Shown here piece by piece: positions 28,733 through 38,850 of a stretch of 64,000 nucleotides of DNA. The first letter of the stretch is position 1. The number at the start of each line of letters is the position of its first letter. Position numbers and translations under genes: made by a program. The DNA is taken from the NCBI GenBank assembly GCA_047947115.1, contig CP170459.1, forward strand, positions 4,032,001 to 4,096,000. Direction: 5' to 3'. The notes beneath the pieces were generated by a model. That model made no database searches and was not told the origin of the DNA. It was given only the letters and a program-made list of their open reading frames with translations. The stretch comes from Verrucomicrobiota bacterium (lineage in GTDB: Bacteria; Verrucomicrobiota; Verrucomicrobiia; Limisphaerales; AAA164-E04).

Positions 28733-30766
28733 ATGCGCTCGACACCAGCGATAAAAGTGGAAAACAGCGCCAGCGCCCCCGCCAATACACTGTCACAATC
28801 AGTCACCACCATCCCTTTGACATCAGTGGATGGCATAGGTAAAGCGCGAGCAGCGTTGCTGGGAAAACTGAAGTTGCAAACTGTCGAAGACGCCCTGCTT
28901 TACAGACCGCGTCGTTATGAGAACCGAGCCAACTTGTTGACCATCGCCGAGCTCATGATTGATGAGTCCGCAGCGGTGAGCGGGGTCATTGTCGAATGCG
29001 GTGTCAAATATTGGCGGCAACGAAGGAGCTCGGTTTTTGAATGCGTCGTTGAAGATTCGACTGGTCGACTTCATTGTCGATGGTGGAACATGCCATTCCT
29101 CAAACGCATGTACCAAAAGGGACAAAAGTTGTTCATCCACGGGAAGATGAAGCAACTCAAGCCCCGGACTATGGATCATCCTGAAACGGAGTTCCTTACC
29201 GGCGAAAACCATGAAGATGCAAGAATTCACATGAATCGGATTGTGCCGATCTATGGGTTGACAGAAGGTTTGCAACAGCGTTGGCTTCGTGAACTCATCT
29301 TCCATCTTCTGGAATCCCATGGGAAAATCATACACGAACCGCATCCGCATATCATGAAGCAACACCGCCTTTCCTTTCATGAAGCCGTGCACCTCCTGCA
29401 CGCACCGGACTCGATGAAGGACATAGAGTCTGCAAGGGAAAGGCTCGCGCTGGAAGAAGCCATCGAAATTCAGGAACAAGTTCAATTCCGGCGAAAAAGG
29501 TTTATGGAAACCATGAGAGCGGCTCCGTGCCAACATGACAACCGCTTCATCAAACCCATGCTCCAAAACCTGCCTTTTGACCTGACCAAAGAACAAATCA
29601 GGGTGATGAGCGAACTGCGCGCTGACCTTTCCAGAAAGCATCCGATGAGACGATTGCTTCAGGGCGACGTTGGGTCCGGAAAAACATTGATCGCCACCTT
29701 GGCGGCTTTGATGGTTTTGGAGAGCGGATTCGATGTGCTTTTAATGGCCCCCACCACGCTGCTCGCGGAACAACATCACCGGACAATTTCCCGATGGTTC
29801 CAACCCTTTCCAATCAATGTTCAACTTCATACCAGCACATCGAAACCCGTAAACGAAGGAAACCTCCCCTGTATCATGATCGGCACGCATGCCTTGATTC
29901 ACAGCGGCGGAAAGGATGCAAACATCGGCATGGTGATCGTGGATGAACAGCACAAATTCGGAGTGGCCCAACGGGAAAAACTTCTCAAAAAGGGGCATTC
30001 GCCGCATCTCCTGATCATGACCGCCACACCGATTCCCCGAACCTTGGGGTTGACTTTGTATGGAGATCTGGATGTATCAGTGCTCAGAGGCCTGCCCAAG
30101 GGAAGAGGTCCATTAAAAACCTATTTACGCACCCCTGAAGCCAGGGACAAGGTGCTTGATTTTGTTAAAAAGGAGCTATCCAAAGGACGACAAGCCTATT
30201 TTGTGTATCCCCGAGTAGAGGAAAAGCAACAGCCCGGCATCAAGGCTGTCACCCGGGAATCTCAGGCCCTTCGGTCCTTTTTCGAGCCTTATGAAGTGGA
30301 GGTGTTGCACGGAAGGATGAAAGCCGAAACATCTGAGGCCATTATGACTCGTTTCACCCAGGGCACACTGCATGTGTTATTGGCCACCACGGTGATTGAA
30401 GTCGGGGTGGATGTGCCGAACGCAACCGTCATGGTCGTGGAGAACGCCGAACAATTTGGCTTGGCTCAGTTGCATCAAATACGCGGCCGAATTGGGCGAG
30501 GCAGTCACGACTCGCATTGCATCCTTCTAGGAGATGCCACTCAAAAGGACGCATGGGAAAGACTAAAGGTTCTGGAAGAAACAAGGGACGGCTTTGAAAT
30601 CGCCGAGGCTGATTTCAAAGCGCGCGGCCCAGGGGAACTGGCAGGGAAGCAGCAGAGCGGACTTCCAGACTGGCATTTTCTTGATTTGCACAAGGATCAA
30701 AGCCTGCTGGATCAAGCCAGGACGGCAGTCAGGTCCAGTATGGGACTGCCTACCTCGACCGTTTAG
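28733..30766 (+). CDS. recG: ATP-dependent DNA helicase RecG
   Basis: OB wedge domain, QGDVGSGKT, DEQH, MTATPIPRTL, QLHQIRGRIGR, RGPGE. Confidence 0.95.
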   Translation: MRSTPAIKVENSASAPANTLSQSVTTIPLTSVDGIGKARAALLGKLKLQTVEDALLYRPRRYENRANLLTIAELMIDESAAVSGVIVECGVKYWRQRRSSVFECVVEDSTGRLHCRWWNMPFLKRMYQKGQKLFIHGKMKQLKPRTMDHPETEFLTGENHEDARIHMNRIVPIYGLTEGLQQRWLRELIFHLLESHGKIIHEPHPHIMKQHRLSFHEAVHLLHAPDSMKDIESARERLALEEAIEIQEQVQFRRKRFMETMRAAPCQHDNRFIKPMLQNLPFDLTKEQIRVMSELRADLSRKHPMRRLLQGDVGSGKTLIATLAALMVLESGFDVLLMAPTTLLAEQHHRTISRWFQPFPINVQLHTSTSKPVNEGNLPCIMIGTHALIHSGGKDANIGMVIVDEQHKFGVAQREKLLKKGHSPHLLIMTATPIPRTLGLTLYGDLDVSVLRGLPKGRGPLKTYLRTPEARDKVLDFVKKELSKGRQAYFVYPRVEEKQQPGIKAVTRESQALRSFFEPYEVEVLHGRMKAETSEAIMTRFTQGTLHVLLATTVIEVGVDVPNATVMVVENAEQFGLAQLHQIRGRIGRGSHDSHCILLGDATQKDAWERLKVLEETRDGFEIAEADFKARGPGELAGKQQSGLPDWHFLDLHKDQSLLDQARTAVRSSMGLPTSTV

Positions 30767-30978
30767 TTGTCAAACGCACACCTCCCACACCCCGATGGGT
30801 TCCCGGTACAGGGAGGAGCAGCATCGTGTTCGCCACTGCTGGCAGCAAAGACGCTCAACTTTTTCTCAAGCTGCGAGGAGCCGCAGTCTGGACAGCAAAC
30901 ATCCGACCAATCATGAGATCGCACCAGGATCTCATTCTCTTCCTTACAGGCGCCACATTTGAATTCGTAAATAGGCAT
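30763..30978 (-). CDS. FmdB-family zinc ribbon protein
   Basis: MPIYEFKCGAC…CPDCGS. Confidence 0.85.
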   Translation of the reverse strand: MPIYEFKCGACKEENEILVRSHDWSDVCCPDCGSSQLEKKLSVFAASSGEHDAAPPCTGNPSGCGRCAFDN

Positions 30979-30999
30979 GTTCTTTGAATCGGTAAAATT

Positions 31000-31182
31000 T
31001 CAGTTTTGAATCCAGCCTTTGCCGGGGATGAACTCCCGGCTTCCGGATTTGGATTTACAGGCTGTCACAGATAGACACAGCAAGATTATCAAAGCTCCGA
31101 CAAACACCTTAAAAACGGGATGCTGCCGACACCTGACTTCCTGACGGCTACCACTGCTGTTTTGAATCCACATGACATTCAA
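31000..31182 (-). CDS. Small putative lipoprotein
   Basis: Hydrophobic stretch plus VTA-C lipobox; mature peptide CKSKSGSREFIPGKGWIQN. Confidence 0.55.
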   Translation of the reverse strand: MNVMWIQNSSGSRQEVRCRQHPVFKVFVGALIILLCLSVTACKSKSGSREFIPGKGWIQN

Positions 31183-31233
31183 TTACTACAGTATTGCCAT
31201 CATGACAAGAGAGTGATTACGTTAGTTCTCGAG

Positions 31234-31794
31234 ATGGGTGGGTCCATACAATCTCTCAAAGGCCAACTTTTGTTGGATGGCGGCATGTTGACCGGTTCTT
31301 TTTTTCATCGAACCGTCGTATTCGTGTGCCAACACAACGAAGAAGGAGCGTTCGGTCTGATTCTCAATCGGCGTATGGAACACACGATTCAGGAACTGAG
31401 CACCGAAGTTATCCCCGAAAAACTGGAACAAACGCCGATCCATGTGGGAGGGCCCGTTCAGCCTGGCGCTTTGAGTTTTTTAATCACGGATTCTTACCTG
31501 GATGAGGAGGAAATCATCCCCAACGTGGCCATGGGACACTCGTTCGATCGTCTGGTGGCACTCTGCAACCATTATTCCCCCCAACGTGACATCCGAATCT
31601 TCTCAGGCTACTCAGGCTGGAGTCCCGGGCAGTTGGACGCGGAAATAAAGCGAGGTTCCTGGAAGACTCATCCGGCCAGCAAAAAACTGGTTTTTGACCA
31701 CGATCCTGAAGATCTGTGGCGCCATGTCATGTATCAAATAGGCTGGGAAGAACGTCTTCTGGCCGATTCTCCTGACGATTTGTCCAGTAATTAA
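31234..31794 (+). CDS. YqgE/AlgH family protein
   Basis: FHRTVV…H…GAFGLILNR, GGPV, GYSGWSPGQL, C-terminal N. Confidence 0.9.
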   Translation: MGGSIQSLKGQLLLDGGMLTGSFFHRTVVFVCQHNEEGAFGLILNRRMEHTIQELSTEVIPEKLEQTPIHVGGPVQPGALSFLITDSYLDEEEIIPNVAMGHSFDRLVALCNHYSPQRDIRIFSGYSGWSPGQLDAEIKRGSWKTHPASKKLVFDHDPEDLWRHVMYQIGWEERLLADSPDDLSSN

Positions 31795-31853
31795 AAACCT
31801 TCAATACAACAAACATCAATCCAAGCACCAGACTTCACTGCACCATACGATTC

Positions 31854-33947
31854 ATGAAGCTCCATATCATCCGTCGTCTCACTCCCAAAACGTTCATCTC
31901 TCTGATTTGCTGTTTGATATCACTCCATCGGGCACAGGCTCAGGCCCCTGTTGAAGCCGCCTGGATCAGCGCCGCATCGGGTAATTGGACGGATGTCTTT
32001 CGATGGAACACCTTTGGGTTCCTTCCCTACCCCAACAACGACGAAATGGATACGTTCAACGTGCTGATAGCACTGGATGCTTCACCTCAAATCACGCTCG
32101 ACACGGACATCACCATTGAGAACCTCCACCTGGCCTCCAGTTTTATTGCGGGAGGTAACACATTGACTCCCCGGGAAGGTTTTATATGGCGAGGAGGCGG
32201 GTTCAATGGCGGAAACGGAAGCCTTCATTCATTGAAGCCCATCCAGATGTCTGGTGGACAAAAATTTCTTCGAGGATTTCATGTTTACAGCCACATCGAA
32301 ACTTCGTGGGTATCCGGCAATGTGGACTCACGATCGGGAGGGGTTTTTCACAACCAACCGGACTCGACCTTCAATGTGCTTTTTGATGGAGACTGGGAAG
32401 CAGAGAGCGGACTTATTCCGGCAGAATTCATCAATCTTGGTCAATTTATCAAAACTCAATCCATCGGAATCACGCACATGGGGCCTGATTTCACGAACAC
32501 AGGAGATGTTCTGGTGGAGACAGGCACTCTGAAGTTCTCCGGTAGGAAAAATAATCTGGGCAACATTCAGGCATCTGATAACTCATTGCTGGAATTCGCC
32601 GGCGGTTACACGTCGGTTCCCGAATCCAGCTTGGTCAGTCGGGGATCAGTCCGATTCAATTCGACTCAGGATGTTGTGGAAATCCGGGGATTGTTCGATG
32701 TGGGCAAGGAAACCGATTTCGCCGCGAAACAAACATTTTTATATCCCGAGGCACAATTTAAATCCGCTGGTGACACTGTTTACGTCAGAAACGGCAACAC
32801 TCAATTCGATACTCAGGAAACTGTGGGGGTCAAGGAACTGTTTCTTGTTGAACGCGGTCAACTTCTCGGAAGCGATCCCATTTCGGTTCAAAACCGGTTC
32901 ATCTGGTCAAATGGCACGACGCTGAGTGGTGATTCTCCCCTGTATAATGTCACCTTGGCTGAGTGGATCAAGCTGGAAACATCCGAGTTGCCGAGGATTC
33001 TTGGCGAACGTCCATTTGTGAATTTTGGCAAAGTGGAATGGTCCGGCGGTGACATGTTGATGTCATCCGACGCCACCATCGTAAACCAGAATGGAGCGGA
33101 GTTCACCATCCAGAAGAACATTATTGCAGGAGCGTTGAATGAAGGGGGAAAAGCTTCATTTCTCAATCAAGGCACTTTGAATGTGGAGAGTTCAGCATCT
33201 TCCGTGATCCTCGACCTGAATCTTGTAAATAAAGGAACCGTTCACTTTCCGAACGGTAGAATGATCATTGGCGGACATATTCAAGTGGAAGGAGGCACTT
33301 TGACCTCCGAGAATGCAATCATCTCCACCCCGGCCATGTCACTTCGCAACGGCACCTTTACGGGATCCGCCATTTTGCAAGGACATTTGGACATCAGCCA
33401 AAAAACCGCCGTTCGAACAGCTAGATCCGGTCTGCAGGTGCGTGGCAACTTGGAATGCGCCCCTGATGTGGAGTTCATTCTTTCCGTCAGTGAGGAACAA
33501 GCTCAACTTCAGATTCCTCCGCTGGATGTTACCGGGACTGCTTCCTTGGGGGGGGCGATGCTGATTGAATTTAAAGGGGATTGGCAGCCCGAATCGGGTC
33601 ATCGCATTCCGGTGTTGAGATCCCAGTCCATTGTCGGCAAGTTCAGGAACATTTTTCCATTTCGGTTGAACGAAACCATTTCACTCATGCCTGTTTACGA
33701 AGATGAAATGTTATGGTTGATGCCGTTCGACGATGGAGGGGAGTTACCTGTGTTGAATGTGTTTCTGTTGAACAATGAAGTACTGCTCACCTGGCCCCGG
33801 CATTTGTCCAATTACCGGGTTCAGGCCAGAGGATCTGTATTTGAAGGCGAGTGGACAACCCTCAAAAAAACTTTGGTCAACTACATGAAGCTACCCATTG
33901 AAGATGCGGGCATGACCTTTCGACTGATCAGGGCCGATGCACTTTGA
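31854..33947 (+). CDS. Secreted beta-helix/passenger-like protein with C-terminal conserved domain
   Basis: Signal peptide AQA; W…GNW…W N-terminus; N-G repeats; C-terminal LTWP…Y-VQ…W…FRL. Confidence 0.7.
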   Translation: MKLHIIRRLTPKTFISLICCLISLHRAQAQAPVEAAWISAASGNWTDVFRWNTFGFLPYPNNDEMDTFNVLIALDASPQITLDTDITIENLHLASSFIAGGNTLTPREGFIWRGGGFNGGNGSLHSLKPIQMSGGQKFLRGFHVYSHIETSWVSGNVDSRSGGVFHNQPDSTFNVLFDGDWEAESGLIPAEFINLGQFIKTQSIGITHMGPDFTNTGDVLVETGTLKFSGRKNNLGNIQASDNSLLEFAGGYTSVPESSLVSRGSVRFNSTQDVVEIRGLFDVGKETDFAAKQTFLYPEAQFKSAGDTVYVRNGNTQFDTQETVGVKELFLVERGQLLGSDPISVQNRFIWSNGTTLSGDSPLYNVTLAEWIKLETSELPRILGERPFVNFGKVEWSGGDMLMSSDATIVNQNGAEFTIQKNIIAGALNEGGKASFLNQGTLNVESSASSVILDLNLVNKGTVHFPNGRMIIGGHIQVEGGTLTSENAIISTPAMSLRNGTFTGSAILQGHLDISQKTAVRTARSGLQVRGNLECAPDVEFILSVSEEQAQLQIPPLDVTGTASLGGAMLIEFKGDWQPESGHRIPVLRSQSIVGKFRNIFPFRLNETISLMPVYEDEMLWLMPFDDGGELPVLNVFLLNNEVLLTWPRHLSNYRVQARGSVFEGEWTTLKKTLVNYMKLPIEDAGMTFRLIRADAL

Positions 33948-33965
33948 TCGCCCGACAGCCACAGC

Positions 33966-33994
33966 TTGCCGCAATCCATCACACGGTCTATACT
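33966..33994 (+). promoter_or_regulatory. Putative sigma70 promoter (leaderless spacing)
   Basis: TTGCCG-17 bp-TATACT, 7 nt before GTG 34002. Confidence 0.55.
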
Positions 33995-34001
33995 ACCTAT
34001 C

Positions 34002-34931
34002 GTGAATAAGTTGATTACTCAGTTGACGAATGATTTATTGGCCTCCTATGCGGGTAAAGGGGGCATCAACCATCTTGATGGCGTCAACCTCCCATCCAAA
34101 TCGACAATCTCTGAAATCACTCAGGACCTTTTAAAATTACTTTTTCCGGGCTTTTTTGATGACCATTTGATCCATTCCTACGAGTTACGGATCGAAACGG
34201 CCAATCTGATGGACAGTGTCTTTGGCCGATTGGAGGACGAAGTTTACAAAAGCTTTTTGCATAATCCGCCGGAGGGGCTCAAAAAGGAGGAAACGAGATC
34301 ACTGTCTCACGAAGTGACCTGTGAAGTTCTAGGCAAATTGCCGGCTCTGCGGGAAATTCTTCACACTGATGTGGAAGCCGCATTCAATGGTGATCCGGCA
34401 GCCTTGAACCAGAACGAAGTCATTGTGGCTTATCCGTTCATTGAAGCCATTGCAGTCCAACGCCTAGCTCACGAAATGCACAACAGGAATATCCCGTTGA
34501 TTCCGCGTATCATGACGGAGTGGGCTCATGCCAGAACCGGTATGGACCTGCATCCAGGCGCAAAAATCGGCACTCATTTCTTTATCGATCACGGCACAGG
34601 GACCGTGATTGGTGAGACAAGCGTCATAGGAAACCACGTCAAAATGTATCAGGGAGTTGCTTTGATCGGTCGTTCTTTGAAAGGAGGTCAATCCTTGCGA
34701 GGCATCAAGCGCCATCCGACCATTGAAGAACGAGTTACTCTATACGCCAACGCGACCATCATGGGGGGGGATACCGTAGTCGGAGCGCGCAGTACCATAG
34801 GGGCCAATGTGTTTTTGACACACAGTGTGCCAGCGGATTCACTTGTTCTAACAGATGAAGTCAGTTTGAAGATCCTGAACAAACTGGAACACAGGGCAGC
34901 CCGAAAGCATTCAACCCCTGAAAACACCTGA
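34002..34931 (+). CDS. cysE: Serine O-acetyltransferase (long/EpsC type)
   Basis: GDPAA, E-AH-RTG-DLHPGA, IDHGTG-VIGET, KRHPT. Confidence 0.9.
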   Translation: MNKLITQLTNDLLASYAGKGGINHLDGVNLPSKSTISEITQDLLKLLFPGFFDDHLIHSYELRIETANLMDSVFGRLEDEVYKSFLHNPPEGLKKEETRSLSHEVTCEVLGKLPALREILHTDVEAAFNGDPAALNQNEVIVAYPFIEAIAVQRLAHEMHNRNIPLIPRIMTEWAHARTGMDLHPGAKIGTHFFIDHGTGTVIGETSVIGNHVKMYQGVALIGRSLKGGQSLRGIKRHPTIEERVTLYANATIMGGDTVVGARSTIGANVFLTHSVPADSLVLTDEVSLKILNKLEHRAARKHSTPENT

Positions 34932-35098
34932 TCTCGATTTTAACGACCGGACAATCCATGGTGTGATCCAATTCACGGCCTTCCGTTCAAAAAACAAGTA
35001 AATCCTTCATCTTGAAGGCAGCATGGGATACCCCCTGAGATAACTTTTTGCGTAAAAGTCAAAGCGTGGTATATTGCCTCACGTTGTTTTTTAATTTT

Positions 35099-35920
35099 AT
35101 GGATGTGTTCAGTCGTATCGGGTTGTCTGGAAGCAGTCGTTCTAAGGTTGATTTAATCGGTCTGAGGGGTGTTTTCAAAAAAAATGGCCGCAAAGAAAAC
35201 CAAGGATTTACCTTGGTGGAACTTTTGGTCGTGATCGCAATTATCGCCATACTGGCAGGATTGCTTCTTCCGGCGTTGAGTAATGCTAAAGCATCTGCTC
35301 AGCGCATCAAATGTTTGAGCCAAGTGAAGCAGCTTGCCTTGTCTTCCCAGCTTTATCGCGACGATTGGAAGGGCAATTTCCCGGCAAGAGCTGATGGCAT
35401 ATCTGATCAAAACGGGGTAGTCCCGACGAGTTGGCCCGGTTCACTCTTCCAGCATTTCCAATCCACCAACATGCTGCGCTGCCCCTCTGACAGAAAAAAC
35501 AATTTGGCAGGCGAACAAATTAATGTGGCGGACAAGGTATCCCGCTCTTACATCATGAATGGATGGAATGATTTTTATCTCGCTCGAATGAAGCGGGACT
35601 ACAATCTTGCAGCATTGAGCGGACTGTCTTTTAATGAAAGCTCCATCAACCAACCTTCCGATACCGTGGTGTTTGGCGAGAAAAAGGATAATTCACTGGC
35701 GCTCTACATGGATTTTCTTGAGGGTTTTGGAAATGATATCCGGGAAGTGGAACACGGGCGTCACAGCAGTTCATCCTCCCCCGAAAACGGATCATCAGTC
35801 TACGCCATGGCAGATGGCAGTGCCCGCCCCATGAAATTTGGAGGGTCTTTTCAACCTATAAACATGTGGGCAACAGAATCCATCTGGAGAACCAATACTG
35901 CCATTTTTGTTATCGAATAA
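35099..35920 (+). CDS. Prepilin-type N-terminal cleavage/methylation protein, H-X9-DG-like
   Basis: [25 protein letters not shown]…C; CPSD; RH…ADG. Confidence 0.9.
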   Translation: MDVFSRIGLSGSSRSKVDLIGLRGVFKKNGRKENQGFTLVELLVVIAIIAILAGLLLPALSNAKASAQRIKCLSQVKQLALSSQLYRDDWKGNFPARADGISDQNGVVPTSWPGSLFQHFQSTNMLRCPSDRKNNLAGEQINVADKVSRSYIMNGWNDFYLARMKRDYNLAALSGLSFNESSINQPSDTVVFGEKKDNSLALYMDFLEGFGNDIREVEHGRHSSSSSPENGSSVYAMADGSARPMKFGGSFQPINMWATESIWRTNTAIFVIE

Positions 35921-35976
35921 TTTATCGCACACACAAATCTCATTGCTGTTTCCATTCCGGATCCGTGCAAAAAAGT

Positions 35977-36009
35977 AAAAGCCCCGCAGAAACTTTCGGC
36001 GGGGCTTTT
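35977..36009. terminator. Bidirectional intrinsic terminator
   Basis: AAAAGCCCCGC…GCGGGGCTTTT between convergent genes. Confidence 0.85.
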
Positions 36010-36035
36010 GATTTGTTCGATGATGATCAGCAATG

Positions 36036-37370
36036 TTACTTCGAAGTAATCTTGTAAACCTTACCCTTCATGTTCATCAATCCATTGGAAACATTCGTCA
36101 ACAAATACAGTTCCCCTTCATCATCCTCACCGAAAGCCGTGATATAGGCTCCGATTTTCCCATTTGAAGGCCCCTCAACATCCAGAGCTTGAACAGACCA
36201 CTCACCGGAACCATTAACCGAGGCAGCAAGCAACACACCATCTGGCATTGCCCAATTTCTGCTCCAATCGGCGAACACGTAACGCCCTTTCAATCCCTCG
36301 ATCTTTTCTCCGCGGTAAACATAACCTCCAGTGACACTGATGCCGAAAGCATCCGAATCATTGCGAAATCCATTTTTGTTTTTGTATTCAAAAATAGGGT
36401 CAGTGAAAGAAACACCGCGTATGTCTTTTTCCGGGGACTCATCCGGCACTTGCCTGGGTTTGTCAGGATTGAATCCGTGCATTCCTTCGCGCAGGTTCCA
36501 TCCATAATTCGCACCTTTGGTGACGATATTGACTTCCTCAAACAGATTCTGACCGATGTCAGCGACGAATAATTGATGGTCCCCGCCCCGATCAAAACTG
36601 ATGCGCCAGGGATTCCGTAAACCCAGGGCGAAGATTTCCTTTCGATGCCCTTCTCCCTGAAACGGATTGTCGTAAGGAATGGCATAAGGATCCCCGTGAT
36701 TGACATCAATGCGAAGAATCTTGCCCAGTAGATTTGTCAAATCCTGACTATTCCCAATTTCCGAATGACCAATGCCCTTTCCATTGCCGTTCCCTCCATC
36801 TCCGCTGGCAATGTAAAGAAAACCATCTGTAGGGCCAAAAGCCAGAGAACCTCCATTGTGATTGAAATATGGTTGATCGTATTGAAGCAATATCTTTTCT
36901 GATTCCAGATCAATACGTTCGCCATCTTCCTTCATGGTGGTAAATTCGGAAACATGAGTGGTATGATTCCATTCACTGGAAGCTGAACTCCTGAGTGGGG
37001 CGGCGTAAGTGACGTAGATTTTACCGTTTTCTTTAAAATCAGGATGCGCCGCAACCCCCAGTATCCCGCGTTCGTCAAATCCAAGATTCAATTTCGTCAA
37101 ACGATGGGACAGTGACAAAAAAGGCTGCCCTCTCACGATGCCTCCCGAGGTGACCAGGTAGATGGTTCCGGCCTGATCCGCCACGAGCAATGAACCTTTC
37201 CCGTCATTTAACGGAGTCAAGGCGATGGGCGAAGTAAATCCCTCGGCAAATGGTTTTAAAGTCAGCGTTGGCAGCTCCGCCTTCGCTGTAACGGCTAACA
37301 AACCTGCCGTCAGCATGACGGCCGCGCTGTTTCGGAATGTTTGAATCCTGGAGAGTGGTTTTATGTTCAT
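36036..37370 (-). CDS. PQQ-dependent sugar (glucose/sorbosone) dehydrogenase family
   Basis: ERGILG, NHNGG, GDGG, GKILRID, GLRNPWR, NYGW; signal peptide from ATG 37370. Confidence 0.9.
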   Translation of the reverse strand: MNIKPLSRIQTFRNSAAVMLTAGLLAVTAKAELPTLTLKPFAEGFTSPIALTPLNDGKGSLLVADQAGTIYLVTSGGIVRGQPFLSLSHRLTKLNLGFDERGILGVAAHPDFKENGKIYVTYAAPLRSSASSEWNHTTHVSEFTTMKEDGERIDLESEKILLQYDQPYFNHNGGSLAFGPTDGFLYIASGDGGNGNGKGIGHSEIGNSQDLTNLLGKILRIDVNHGDPYAIPYDNPFQGEGHRKEIFALGLRNPWRISFDRGGDHQLFVADIGQNLFEEVNIVTKGANYGWNLREGMHGFNPDKPRQVPDESPEKDIRGVSFTDPIFEYKNKNGFRNDSDAFGISVTGGYVYRGEKIEGLKGRYVFADWSRNWAMPDGVLLAASVNGSGEWSVQALDVEGPSNGKIGAYITAFGEDDEGELYLLTNVSNGLMNMKGKVYKITSK

Positions 37371-37542
37371 GTTTCTAGTGTCATTGATTTGCATAATAAA
37401 ACTGAATCTGCAAAGAATACGGGGCTCACCGTCAGGTGACAAGTGGAGAGCGGAGGAATTTATCAGGCATCCGGTATTGATCCCCCCTCCCCTAACGATG
37501 TAAAACCCATCAAATCGAAGCGATAGCCATACGAATAACAGC

Positions 37543-38277
37543 ATGACAAACATTATCATAACAGGTTCCAAAGGACGCATGGGGGAAGCGCTCATACGTT
37601 GCGCCAAGGACCACGCTGACCTGAACGTTGTCGGTGAAATAGATATGGGAGACGATCTGAAACCATTATTGCCCCAGGCGGACGCCGTCATCGATTTCAG
37701 CTTCCACGAAGTCACTCGCACTTTTGCCGAACAGTGCGCGGATGCCGGGAAGGCCATCATTATAGGAACCACGGGCCATACCGAATCTGATCGTAGCGCC
37801 ATCCAGCAATTATCCAATCGCATCCCAATGGTCTGGGCGTCAAATTATTCAACCGGAGTCAACACCCTTTTTTGGCTGACACGAAAAGCGACCGAGATTC
37901 TCGGGCCCGATTTCGACCTCGAAGTCATCGAAATGCACCACCGCATGAAACGCGATGCCCCCAGCGGAACGGCTGCCACACTGGCAGAGATATTGGCTGA
38001 TGTGCGAAAAGCCCAGTTGAGTAAAGTCATCCGGCATGGCCGTGAAGGCATCGTCGGGGCCCGCACTAAGGAGGAAATTGGTATGCATTCGTTGCGTGGA
38101 GGCGATGTGGTGGGTGACCACACAGTTGTTTTCGCAACACAAGGCGAACGTGTTGAATTAACGCACAAGGCATCCAGTCGAGACACCTTTGCCAACGGAG
38201 CATTGAGAGCCTCAGGTTGGGTGGTAAAACAAAAACCCGGATTATACTCCATGCAGGACGTACTGGGTTTGACTTAA
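37543..38277 (+). CDS. dapB: 4-hydroxy-tetrahydrodipicolinate reductase
   Basis: GRMG, GTTG, EMHHRMKRDAPSGTA, GDH. Confidence 0.95.
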   Translation: MTNIIITGSKGRMGEALIRCAKDHADLNVVGEIDMGDDLKPLLPQADAVIDFSFHEVTRTFAEQCADAGKAIIIGTTGHTESDRSAIQQLSNRIPMVWASNYSTGVNTLFWLTRKATEILGPDFDLEVIEMHHRMKRDAPSGTAATLAEILADVRKAQLSKVIRHGREGIVGARTKEEIGMHSLRGGDVVGDHTVVFATQGERVELTHKASSRDTFANGALRASGWVVKQKPGLYSMQDVLGLT

Positions 38278-38278
38278 A

Positions 38279-38821
38279 GTGAGAAAAGTTGGCGTAAATG
38301 GGAATAGTGACTGCGTTCCGGTATTGATCGCCATTGGGTCAAATCTGGGGAATCCCGAATCCAAGATTCAGGATGCTTTCCGGGAGTTGAAACGATTGAG
38401 TCGTGGACATTTCAAACAATCGTCTCTCTGGAAATCTGCACCGCTGGACTGCCCCGAAGGATCGCCCGATTACATCAATGCTGCCGTTTCCTTCACGGTC
38501 CAAGGAGGCACACAACCTGTATCGTTTCTGGAACATCTATTGGAACTTGAGGATCGCCTGGGGAGAAGGAGATCTGGCATACCCAACGAAGCACGCGTCA
38601 TCGATTTGGACCTCATCTGCTTCGGCTCGGTAATCCATCATGAAAAAAAGCTGATCCTGCCACACCCCAGGGCGCACTTGAGAAATTTCGTCCTGGCTCC
38701 TCTGGCAGAGATTGAGCCAACATTCGTCATTCCTGGACAGGGGAAAACGGTGAGCCAACTACTGGAAAATTTGGCAACCAGTGGTGGATCATCGGGCTTG
38801 AACCGAATCCATTCGACTTGA
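38279..38821 (+). CDS. folK: HPPK (2-amino-4-hydroxy-6-hydroxymethyldihydropteridine diphosphokinase)
   Basis: IGSNLG, YINA, RVIDLD, LPHP…R-FVL-PL. Confidence 0.95.
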   Translation: MRKVGVNGNSDCVPVLIAIGSNLGNPESKIQDAFRELKRLSRGHFKQSSLWKSAPLDCPEGSPDYINAAVSFTVQGGTQPVSFLEHLLELEDRLGRRRSGIPNEARVIDLDLICFGSVIHHEKKLILPHPRAHLRNFVLAPLAEIEPTFVIPGQGKTVSQLLENLATSGGSSGLNRIHST

Positions 38822-38850
38822 CAAACCCACAACCGAGCCCCCCCATCCCG

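Noticed and set aside
28823..29641. 272-aa minus-strand ORF
   Set aside because: Antisense to recG
31003..31170. GTTTTGAATCCA repeated twice (WIQN at both ends of the small ORF)
   Set aside because: Only two 12-bp copies, with no array or element boundaries; probably chance
37371..37823. N-terminal extension of the 595-aa ORF
   Set aside because: Overlaps dapB on the opposite strand; the signal peptide begins near ATG 37370
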